Shown piece after piece: positions 12,518 through 23,427 of a DNA stretch of 64,000 nucleotides. The DNA is from Pristiophorus japonicus. Lineage: Eukaryota. The stretch's first letter is position 1. Every line of letters starts with the position of its first letter. A program made the translations under genes and the position numbers. Location: NCBI RefSeq assembly GCF_044704955.1, contig NC_091985.1, positions 216,628,001 to 216,692,000 on the forward strand, given 5' to 3'. The notes beneath the pieces were generated by a model. The model was not told the DNA's origin, ran no database searches, and was given only the letters and a program-made list of their open reading frames with translations.

Positions 12518-14160
12518 ATACTCTGATAAACTCTTCCTCAAGTCTACCTTGGCCAATTTGATTTGTCTAATCAATATGAAACTTAAAATCGCCCGTGATT
12601 ATTGCCGTACCTTTCTTACAAGCCTCCAGTGTTTCTTGATTTATACTCCATCCAACAGTGTAGCTACTGTTAGGGAGCCTATAGACTACGCCCACCAGTG
12701 ACTTCTTCCCCTTATTATTTATTATCTATACCCAAATTGATTCTACATCTTGATCTTCTGAACCCAAATAATTTCTCACCACTGCACTGATCCCATCGTT
12801 TATTAACAGAACTACCCCACCTTTTCCTTTCTGTCTTATCCTTCTGAATTGTTAAATACCCCTGAATATTTAGTTCCCAGCCTTGGTCACCTTGCAACCT
12901 CGTCTCTGTAATGGCTATCAGATCATACCCATTTGTATCTATTTGTGCCGCCAACTCATCTATCTTGTTACGAATGCTGCGTGCATTCAGATAAAGAACT
13001 TTTAATTTTGACTTTTTACCATTTTCCCCTGCTTTGACCCTACTTTCTGTTACACTCTTATTTTTATACATTCTGTCTTTTCCTGTCACAGTCTGATTCT
13101 CATTTCCCACAGTACTACCCTGCTCTATTGCCTTCTCCTTGCTCTTTGACTTTTTAAATTTCCTCTCACCTGAACCCTCCCCCCCCATCCACCGCTCACC
13201 GCTCCCCCCCCCCCCCCCCGACCTATTTAGTTTAAAGCCCTCTTTACAGCCCTAGTTATTCGCTTCGCCAGGACATTAGCACCAGCCTGGTTCAAGTGAA
13301 GCCCATCCCAACGGAACAGCTCCCTCTTGCCCCGGTACTGGTGCCAGTGCCCCATGAATCGAAACTCATTTCTCCCACACCAGTCTTTGAGCCACGTGTT
13401 CATCTCTCTGATCTTATTTACCCTATGCACATTTGCACGTGGCTCAGGTAGTAATCCAGAGATTATTGCCTTCATGGTTCTGCTTTTTAATTTAGCCCCT
13501 AGCTACTCAAACTCCCTCAGCAGAACCTCTTTCTTTGTTCTACCTATGTCATTAGTACCTACGTGGCCCACGACAACTGGATCTTCCCCCTCCCACTCCA
13601 AGTTCCTCTCCAGCCCAGAGGCGATGTCCTGAACCTTGGCACGTCGCAGGCATCACAGCCTTCGGGACTCACGCTCTCGGCTGCAGAGAACAGTATATAT
13701 CTCCGAAACTATACTCTTTCCTATCACTACAACATTTCTTTTTACTCCCCCCACTTGAATGTCCTCCTGTACCACGGCGCTGTGGTCAGTTTGCTCATCC
13801 TCCCTGCAGTCCCTGCCCTCGTCCAAGCAGGGAGCACGAATCTCGTACCTGTTGGACAATTGCAAGAGCTGAAGCTCCTCCATCACTACCTCCAGGGTCC
13901 CCACAGCTGCCTCGCTCATAGTCACACCCTCCTGTCCCTAACCATGGACCAAATTTGAATTAATTAATCTAAGGGGTGTGACTGCCTCCTGGAACACAGC
14001 GTCCAGGTAACTCTCCCCCTCCCTGATGTGTCGCAGTGTCTGCAGCTCGGACTCCAGCTCATCAGCGCGGAGCTGAAGTTCCTCAAGAAACCAACATTTA
14101 CTGCAGATGTGGTCGCCGTGGACCTCAATAGGGTCAACCAGCTCCCACCTGCAACAGCAG

Positions 14161-15929
14161 TAACACAGTCAGATTCGGGTGAATTTATAATGGGGAACAA
14201 AGAAATGGCAGACCAATTGAACAAGTACTTTGGTTCTGTCTTCACAAAGGAAGACACAAATAACCTTCCGGATGTACTAGGGGTCCGAAGGTCTAGTGAG
14301 AAGGAGGAACTGAAGGATATCCTTATTAGGTGGGAAATTGTGATCGGGAAATTGATGGGATTGAAGGCCGATAAATCCCCAGGGCCTGATAGTCTGCATC
14401 CCAGAGTATTTAAGGAAGTGGCCCTAGAAATAGTGGATGCATTTGTGATCATTTTCCAGCAGTCTATCGACTCTGGATCAGTTCCTATGGACTGGTGGGT
14501 AGCTAATGCAACACCACTTTTTAAGAAAGGAGGGAGAGAGAAAACAGGTAATTATAGACCGGTTAGCCTGACATCAGTAGTGGGGAAAATGTTGGAATCA
14601 ATCATTAAGGATGAAATAGCAGCACATTTGGAAAGCAGTGATAGGATTGGTCCAAGTCAGCATGGATTTATGAAAGGGAAATCATGCTTGACAAATCTTC
14701 TGGAATTTTTTGAGGATGTAACTCGTAGAGTGGACAGGGGAGAACCAGTGGATGTGGTGTATTTGGACTTTCAAAAGGCTTTTGACAAGGTCCCACACAA
14801 GAGATTGGTGTGAAAAATCAAAGCACATGGCATTGGGGGTAATGTACTGACGTGGATAGAGAACCGGTTGGCAGACAGGAAGCAGAGAGTCGGGATTAAC
14901 GGGTCCTTTTCAGAATGGCAGGCAGTGACTAGTGGAGTGCCGCAGGGCTCAGTGCTGGGACCCCAGCTCTTTACAATATATATTAATGATTTGGATGATG
15001 GAATTGAGTGTAATATCTCCAAGTTTGCAGATGGCGGTGTGAGCTGTGAAGAGGATGCTAAGAGGCTGCAGGGCGATTTGGACAGGTTAGGCGAGTGGGC
15101 AAATACATGGCAGATGCAATATAATGTGGATAAATGTGAGGTTATCCACTTTGGAGGTAAAAACACGAAGGCAGAATATTATCTGAATGGCGGAAGATTA
15201 GGAAAAGGGGAGGTGCAGCGAGACCTGGGTGTCATGATTCATCAGTCATTGAAGGTTGGCATGCAGGTACAGCAGGCGGTGAAGAAGGCAAATGGTGGCC
15301 TTCAGAGCTAGGGGATTTGAGTATAGGAGCAGGGAAGTCTTACTGCAGTTGTACAGGTCTTTGGTGAGGCCCCACCTGGAATATTGTGTTCAGTTTTGGT
15401 CTCCTAATCTGAGGAAGGACATTCTTGCTATTGAGGGAGTGTAGCGAAGGTTCACCAGACTGATTCCTGGGATGGCAGGACTGACACATGAGGAGAGACT
15501 GGATCGACTGGGCCTGTATTCACTGGAGTTTAGAAGAATGAGAGGGGATCTCTTAGAAACATATAAAATTCTGACGGGACTGGACAGGTTAGATGCAGGA
15601 AGAATGTTCCCGATGTTGGTGAAGTCCAGAACCAGGGGTCACAGTCTTAAGGATAAGGGGTAAGCCATTTAGGACTGAGATGAGGAGGAACTTCTTCACT
15701 CAGAGAATTGTTAACCTATGGAATTTCTTACCGCAGAGAGTTGTTGATGTCAGTTCATTGGATATATTCAAGAGGGAGTTAGATATGGCCCTTGCATCTA
15801 AAGGGATCAAGGGGTATGGAGAGAAAGCAGGAACGGGGTACTGAAGGAATGATCAGCCATGATCTTATTGAATGGTGGTGCAGGCTCGAAGGGCCGATTG
15901 GCCTACTCCTGCACCTATTTTCTATGTTT
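14161..15929 (+). mobile_element. 5'-truncated CR1 LINE (RT to 3' tail)
   Basis: ORFs 14028..14813 and 14868..15311 carry CR1 RT motifs; TTTCTATG tail. Confidence 0.92.
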
Positions 15930-16621
15930 ATACATCGCTTGCCCTGACATCTCTAATGTATTTAATTAATTTTTCACATTTTGAAAGTTTAGATTTTTAA
16001 TCCCAGCTCTTAATTTAAACCAATGCCCAAGAAAAGAGAGAAATCTTGCCGGCGACGCCCACATCCCGTGAATGAATTTTTTTGAAACAGTTCTAAACTT
16101 GGCCCGGATAGAATATGAATGTTTGAGGAGAGGGGTCATTAGCGTTACCTAGGTACTTACAGCCAGGACAGCTTGTAACCATAGTTCCTGAACAGAATTG
16201 TGTCATGTGTGATCTGTGTCAAATGTTAATGCTTGCGTAGCACTTACTCTGAGCTAAAGAACTGTTTGGCTCTCTTCCCCCCCCACCCTGCCAGTTGGAA
16301 GTAATGCTTTGAATGTGCCCAATTGAGCAATGCCAGGTAAGAGATTTAAGGTTTGTCACTGTGTCGACCTAAGGGTCCTTGATGACCCAGTCAGTGCCAT
16401 ACTGACATATTTGTCTTTACTACTAACCTTTGATGGAACTGGAGAGATGTCGACTGTGACACCAACAGTTTTGGCAACAGACTGTTTAGAGGAGCCGATC
16501 CCAAAAACTGTCCCAAAGTTAATACAGCCCCTTTGATCTGCTGGAGTATTTTCCCATGAATTGTTCTCGTGTTGATTACCAAAGCAATTGGTGACATAGC
16601 CTGACAAGTCTTTGAACGGTG

Positions 16622-16803
16622 GGGGGGGGGCAATTTTATCCTGAGCCGCCCTACCCCCGCAGGGAACTGCCGGGATGGACGGATGGGGGGGCCAGCGCTG
16701 ACTTTACAGCCCGGAGTCAGTATCGGGAGGGGGGTAATACTGGCGTCCCATCCCATCCTATGGTGATTCCTGCCCGGCGAGTTTGGTAAAAGTGATACCC
16801 CCC
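16622..16803. mobile_element. Possible short degraded MITE
   Basis: Imperfect inverted ends GGGGGCAATTTTATC ... GGTAAAAGTGATACCCCC. Confidence 0.35.
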
Positions 16804-17454
16804 ACTCCCGGGTCTCTGTGTGGCAGCCTCTTCAGGGGTTTTAATTTCTCCAGCCTCCCTGCGCACGGTTTCAGCGGGTCCCCCAAGTCAGGGGGTCCCC
16901 CGTTACTGGCTGATGCTTGGCAGTGCTTACGGTCTTGTATGCATTGTCGCCATCGGGTTAATCAAGATCTGGTCAGTTACAAGCGATCTGTAAAGATACA
17001 ATGGGTTTTCCTGAATTTGTTAAGGCCCCTAGTTAATACGCAGTGAGGTTGTTACCATTCATCTGGACTTGGTTGGCTGTGAGGACGAGTGTACCCACTG
17101 TAGCCGAACTCCCTCCTCCTGCTCCAGGCCAAGCAATGGAAGATACGTTCAGGAAAGGGGTACTGAGGGAATGATCAGCCATGATCTTATTGAATGGCGG
17201 TGCAGGCTCGAAGGGCCATATGGCCTACTCCTGCACCTATTTTCTATGTTTCTATGTTTCTATAACACAATCACTTCCCTGCTTTCCTGTGACATCACAT
17301 TTTGAATCTTTTTACTTCTTATCCTCCCAGGTCACGTGGTGCTGTTTCGGCTGTCTGCTCGGCTAACTCACGCCCTTTGTAGGCTTGCCGCTGCTCCCGC
17401 TCTCGTGCCCTTTCCGAAGAGATGGGCGCAAGTAGGTTTTTCCCCTCGCGTTGC

Positions 17455-18010
17455 TTCTCTCACCATCTGCTGCAGGCCCAGTCTGGCAGCTATGTCCTTC
17501 AGGACTTTGCCAGATCGATTAGTAGTGGTGCTACCGAGCCAGTCTTGATGGACATTGAAGTCCCCCACACAAAGTACATTCTGTGCACCTTGCTACTCTC
17601 AGTGCTTCTTCCAAGTGGTGTTCAACATGGAGGAGTACTGATTCATCAGCTGAAGGAGGGCGGTAGGTGGTAATCAGCAGGAGGTTTCCTTGCCCATGCT
17701 TGACCTGAAGCCAGGAGACTTCATGGGGTCCGGAGTCAGTGTTGAGAACTCCCAGGGCCACACCCTCCCGAATGTATACTACTGTATCGCCACCAGTGGG
17801 ACAGGACATACCCAGGGATGGTGATGGAGGAGTCTGGGACATTGGCTGAAAGGTATGATTCTGTGAGTATGACTATGTCAGGCTGTTGCTTGACTAGTCT
17901 GGGCCATCTCTTCGAATTTTGGCACCAGTCCCCAGATGTTGGTGAGAAAGACTGGGCTGGGTGGGCCGTTGTCGGGTCCGTAGCCAGTGCTGAGGTCGAT
18001 GCCAGGTGGT
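17455..18010 (-). mobile_element. Endonuclease fragment of an L2/CR1-group LINE
   Basis: APE motifs TTYRPPS, GDFNVHQDW, QQMVREATRG. Confidence 0.7.
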
Positions 18011-18061
18011 ACGTCCGGTTTTATTCTTATTATTGTTTTTCGTAGCGGTGGATCAATTGAT

Positions 18062-18430
18062 GAATCAATATGATCTTATTGAATGGCGGAGCAGGCTCGA
18101 GGGGCCAAATGGCCTACTCCTGCTTCTAATTCTTATGTGCTTATTCCCTAGCCCAGATCCTGTCTCTATATTAAGAGCAATGGTCCCAACACTGACCCTG
18201 GGGACACCACTGTTTCCATCCCTCCAGTCTGAAGAACATCCATTTACCACTACTCTCTGTTTTCTGCCCTTTACCCAACTTCCTCTCCACGCGGCCCCAC
18301 TCCCTTTAATACTGTGAGCCTTAATTTGATCAACAAGCCTCCTGTCCGGCACCTTATCAAACACCTTTTGACAATCCATCTGCACAACATCCATTGCATT
18401 TCCTTTCTCACTGCACTGTGTTATTTCCTG
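18062..18430. mobile_element. CR1 fragments (+ strand tail to ~18140, then an old minus-strand RT piece)
   Basis: MDVVQMDCQKVFDKVP..RKQRVVVNG on the minus strand; CR1 3' tail on the plus strand. Confidence 0.7.
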
Positions 18431-19477
18431 CAATAATCCCTGCTGTCTGTCCTGACTTAATCATTTCACTACAAATGTTGCAACGTTTACTTCTGTAGTT
18501 AGAATCCCCCGCGCAGGGGTAAAGTGCTCTATCAATGACACCAGGAGCCCAGACACGGGACCAGGCTGTGCTCTGAGCAGGCGCAGTACCAGTGGTGGAG
18601 GTGGTCTGAGGCGGAAGAGACATTCCGCGAGTCAGTAGGAGCTTGTGAGCTCAGCGGAGGAATTGGATCCCTGGGTGGGCTGGGCAGCTTCATAAACACC
18701 TGCTGCAGGCCTCAGGCCCCGAATATGAGCCCGCAGGCTCCATGTTTGACCTGCGATGATAGACCCGACCGCTCGGGGTAACTAGCTGAATTCTTGGACA
18801 GGATCAGGGTGCCTGCGCGGCCATCTTGGTACAGGAGCAGAGGGTGGTGGGGTTTAGGGTCCCAGTGACCAGGAGAGAAAATAATTTCCTTGTTTCTTCT
18901 CAGTCTGTGCACTAGGGATGTAGAACTGAACCCAACCAGAGAAGAGGGAGTGAGAAAATTGCAGATGGAGGAAAGAAATGATGGAGGTGGTGCGATGAGT
19001 TTGGATTTCAGCACAGGGTGGAGGGAGAGTGTGTGGGATGGGAATTTACAGCTTTGGGGAACAAGAGAGGAAAGAATGTTCCATAGAAACTGGGATTGTC
19101 TGTCCTCAGTGCTGACTTTTGTAAACTCCTTTTACAGGATATTAGAAAAGGAGGATTTACAGATGGGAAACTCGAACCAATCACAGTCACTCGATTCACC
19201 TGTATATCATCAGCCTTTGAATGTGGAAGGAGAAACGGTTGTCTGTTCTGTCTGTGAGAAAAGATATTAAACATTAGTGTGACTGGTAAAGCACCGAGAC
19301 ACACACACCCGAGTGAGAGTGTTCCAGTGCAGTGACTGTGGAAAGAGCTTTAACCAGTTACACAGCCTGAAAAAACATCGCACCATTCACAGCGGGGAGA
19401 AACCGTACACATATTGTGTATGTGGACGAAGTTTCAATTGATCATCCAACCTGGAGAGACACAAGGACACCCGCACC

Positions 19478-20152
19478 ATGGAGAAACCATGGGAATGTGG
19501 AGACTGTGGGAAGGCATTCAATTGCCCCTCTGCGCTGGAAACTCATCGACGGCATCACAACGGAGAGAGGCCATTCACCTGCTCCATGTGTGAGAAGGGA
19601 TTCACTCGTTCATCCGACCTCACTGAACACCAGCGTGTTCACACTGCGGAGAGGCCGTTTACCTACCCAGTGTGTGGGAAGGGATTCACTCAGTCATCCA
19701 ACCTGCTGGTACACAAGCGAATTCACACTGGGGAGAGGCCATTCACCTGCTCCATGTGTGAGAAGGGATTCACTCGTTCATCCGAGCTCACTGAACACCA
19801 GCGTGTTCACACTGGGGAGAGGCCGTTTACCTACCCAGTGTGTGGGAAAGGATTCACTCGATCATTTGACCTGTTGACACACCAACACATTCACACTGGG
19901 GAGAGGCCATTCATCTGCTCTGAATGTGGGAAGGGTTTCACTCGATCATCCCACCTGCTGATACACCAACGCATTCATACTGGGGAGAGGCCGTTCATCT
20001 GCTCTGAGTGTGGGAAGGCTTTCACTCGATCATCTTACCTGCTAGCACACCAGCGAGTTCACACTGGGGAGAGGCCATTCACCTGCTCTGAGTGTGGGAA
20101 GGGATTCACTCAGTCATCCAACCTGCTGACACACCAGCGAGTTCACAAGTGA
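19478..20152 (+). CDS. C2H2 (Kruppel-type) zinc-finger protein, 8 fingers (fingers 3 and 5 have Tyr for the first Cys); no KRAB seen
   Basis: Repeated C-x2-C..H-x3-H with TGERPF linkers. Acceptor TTTACAG at 19131-19137; three in-frame degenerate fingers upstream with stops; candidate AATAAA at 21519. Confidence 0.85.
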   Translation: MEKPWECGDCGKAFNCPSALETHRRHHNGERPFTCSMCEKGFTRSSDLTEHQRVHTAERPFTYPVCGKGFTQSSNLLVHKRIHTGERPFTCSMCEKGFTRSSELTEHQRVHTGERPFTYPVCGKGFTRSFDLLTHQHIHTGERPFICSECGKGFTRSSHLLIHQRIHTGERPFICSECGKAFTRSSYLLAHQRVHTGERPFTCSECGKGFTQSSNLLTHQRVHK

Positions 20153-20274
20153 CTGCAGGGGTTGGACTCTGCTGTTATTGTTGCCGTTAATCACATCCAG
20201 GACTGAAACATGTTGCCGCTGGTGGAATTAATCCCTATATCTGGGCTGGAGTTTAATTTTCTGGATATCATTAA

Positions 20275-21505
20275 ATCATAGAATGGTCACAGCACAGTAG
20301 GAGGCCTTTTGGACCATCGAACCCATGCCGGCTCTCTGCAAGAGCACTTCAGCTAGTCATAAGAACATAAGAAATAGGAGCAGGAGTAGGCCACACCACC
20401 CCTCGAGTCTGCTCCACCATTCAATAAGATCATGGCTGGTCTGATCATGGACTCAGCTCCACTTCCCTGCCCACTCTCCATAACCCTTTATCGTTTAAGA
20501 AACTGTCTATTTCTGTCTTAAATTTATTCAATGTCCCAGCTTCCACATCTCTCTGAGGCAGCGAAGTCCACAGATTTACAACCCTCAGAGAAGAAATTTC
20601 TCCTCATCTCTGTTTTAAATGGGCGGCCTCTAGTTCTAGTCTCCCGCATCAGTGGAAACATCCTCTCTGCATCCACCTTGTCAAGCCCCCTCATATATGT
20701 TTTGATAAGATCACGTCTCATTCTTCTGAATTCCAATGAGTAGAGACCCAACCTACTCAACCTTTCCTCATAAGTCAACCCCCTCATCTCCGGAATCAAC
20801 CTAGTGAAACTTCTCTGAACTGCCTCCAAAGTACCCACAGGTCCTGCTGTACTGCAGCACTTTGCAATCTTTCTCCATTTAAATAATAACTTGCTCTTTG
20901 ATTTTTTTCTACCAAAGTGCATGACCTCAGACTTTCCAACATTACACTCCATCTGCCAAATTTTTGCCCACTCACTTAGCCTGTCTATTCCTTTTGCAAA
21001 TTTTTTGTGTCCTCCTCACACATTGCTTTTCCTCTCATCTTTGTATCATCAGCAAACTTGGCTACATTACACTCAGTCCCTTCTTCCAAGTCGTTAATAT
21101 AGATTGTAAATAGTCCCACTCCCTGGCCCTGCAAATGTTTTATTTCATGTACTTATCAATTCCCTTTTTGAAAGCCACGATTGAATCTGCCTCCACCACC
21201 CTTTTAGGCCGTGCATTCCAGATCCTAACCACTCGCTGCTTAAAGAAAAGTTTTTTCTCATGTCGCCTTTGGTTCTTCTGCCAATCACCTTGAATCTGTG
21301 TCCTCTGGTTCTCAACCCTTCCGCCAATGGGAATATTTTCTCTCTACTCTGTCCAGACCCCTCATGATTTTAGAGCACTTCTATCAAATCTCCTTTCAAC
21401 CTTCTCTGTTCTAAGAAGAACAACCCCAGCTTCACCAGTCTATCCATGTAACTGAAGTCCCTCATCCCTGGAATCATTCTTGTAAATCTTTTCTGCACCC
21501 TCTGT
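20275..21505 (-). mobile_element. Two nested CR1 3' fragments (inner one ~20358-21113) in the ZNF 3' UTR
   Basis: CR1 C-terminal motifs and tails; the outer element resumes at ~21113. Confidence 0.82.
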
Positions 21506-21756
21506 CAAACAACTGTCAAATAAATCAGCTTTGTTTCCTACATACAGTGAGTCGATTCCTTGATTTCTTCAAGAGGAGGCTAATTGATGTCCTGTTACCG
21601 ACTGTCCCATTTTTGAGCCTTTTCACGGCTTCTGTTTTAGTGATGTTGGTTGAGGGATAAATGTTAGCGAGGACACCGGAGATCTCTCTTTTCTTCGAAA
21701 TAATGTCATGGAATCTTTAACGCCGACTTGAGAGGTCAGATAGTTCTGATTCTTTT

Positions 21757-23427
21757 TTGTATTCGTTCACGGGATGTGGGCGTCGCTGGTAAGGCCAGCA
21801 TTTATTGTCCATCCATAATTGCCCTTGAGAAGATGGGGGGGTGGGGAGCCATCTTCTTGAACTGCTGCAGTGCGTGTGGTGAAGGTACTCCCACAGTACT
21901 GTTAGGGAGGGAGTTCCAGGATTTTGACCCAGTGATAATGAAGGAATGGCGATATGCTTTCAAATCAGGATGGTGTGTGACTTGGAAGGAAACGTGGAGA
22001 TGGTGGTGTTCCCATGCGCCTGCTGCCCTTGTCCTTCTAGTTGGTAGAGGTCGTGGGTTTGTGAGGTACTGCCGAAGAAGCCTTGGCGAGTTGATGCAGT
22101 GTATCTTGTACATGGTAAATACTGCAGCCACGGTACATCGATGATGGAGGGAGTGGATATTTAAGGTGGTGGATGGGTGCCAATAAAGCGGGCTGCTTTG
22201 TCATGGATGGTGTCAAGCTTCTTGAGTGTTGTCGCAGTTGCATTCATCCAAGCAAGTGGAGAGTATTCCATCACACTCCTGACTTGTGCCTTGTAGATGG
22301 TGGAAAGGCTCTGGGGAGTCAGGAGGTGAGACACTCACCATAGAATACCCAGCCTCTGACTTGCTCTTGTTGCCACAGTATTTATGTGGCTGTTCCAGTT
22401 AAGTTTCTGGTCAATGGTAACCCCAAGGATGTTGATGGTAGGGGATTCGGCTATGGTAATGCCATTGAATGTTATGGGGTGGTGGTTAGACTCTTGCTTG
22501 TTGGAGATAGTCATTGCCTGGCACTTGTGTCGTGACTGTTACTTGCCACTTATCAGCCCAAGCCTGAATGTTGTCCAGGTCTTGCTGTACGCAGGCATGG
22601 ACTGCTCCATTATCTGAGGAGTTGCGAATGGAACTGAACACTGTGCAGTCATCAGCGAACATTCCCACTTCTGACCTTATAATGGAAGGAAGGTCATTGA
22701 TGAAGCAACTGAAGATGGTTGGGCCTAGGACACTGCCCTGAGGAACTCCTGCAACGATGTCCTGGGGCTGTGATGATTGACCTCCAACTACCACAACTAT
22801 CTTCCTTTGTGCTAGGTGTGACTCCAGCCAGTGTAGAGTTTTCCCCCAGATTCCCATTGACTTCAGTTTTACTAGAGCTCCTTGATGCTGCACTCGGTCA
22901 AATGCTGCCCTGATGTCGAGGGCAGTCACTCTCACTTTGCCTCTGGAATTCAGCTCTTTTGACCATGTTTGGACCAAGGCTGTGATGAGGTCTGGAGCCG
23001 AGTGGTCCTGGCGGAACCCAAATTGGGTATCGGTGAGCAAGTTATTGGTGAGTAAGTGCCGCTTGATACCACTGTTGGTGACAACTTCCATCACTTTGCT
23101 AATGATTGAGAATAGACTGATGGGGCAGTAATTGACCAGATTGGATTTGTCCTGCTTTTTGTGGCAGTTTTCCACATTGTCGCATCGATGCCAGTGTTGT
23201 AACTGTACTCGAACAACTTGGCTAGAGGTGCGGCTAGTTCTGGAGCACAAGTCTTCAGCACAACAGCCGGTGTATTGTCGGAACCCATAGCCTTTGCTGT
23301 ATCCAATGCATTCAGCTGTTTCTTGATATCACGTGGAGTGAATCGAATTGGCTGAAGACTGGCTTCCTTAGGAGGAGGCCGATATGGATCATCCTCTCGG
23401 CACATCTGGCTGAAGATGGTTGTAAAC
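21757..23427 (-). mobile_element. 5'-truncated LINE of the L2/CR1 group, distinct from the dominant CR1
   Basis: RT motifs [36 protein letters not shown]. The 3' end GCGACGCCCACATCCCGTGAA also appears as a fragment at ~16050. Confidence 0.85.

Larger units (their letters stand above)
8669..14160 (-). mobile_element. Near full-length degraded CR1 LINE (ORF1 esterase + ORF2 EN/RT) carrying nested insertions
   Basis: ORF1 SGNH esterase (IISGLLP...DGLHLNQAG, 13227-13475), EN (YLNARS..IAITET, ~12900-13010), RT (QHGFMKGKSCLTNLLEFFE, KFADDTK), 3' tail at ~8670. Confidence 0.88.
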
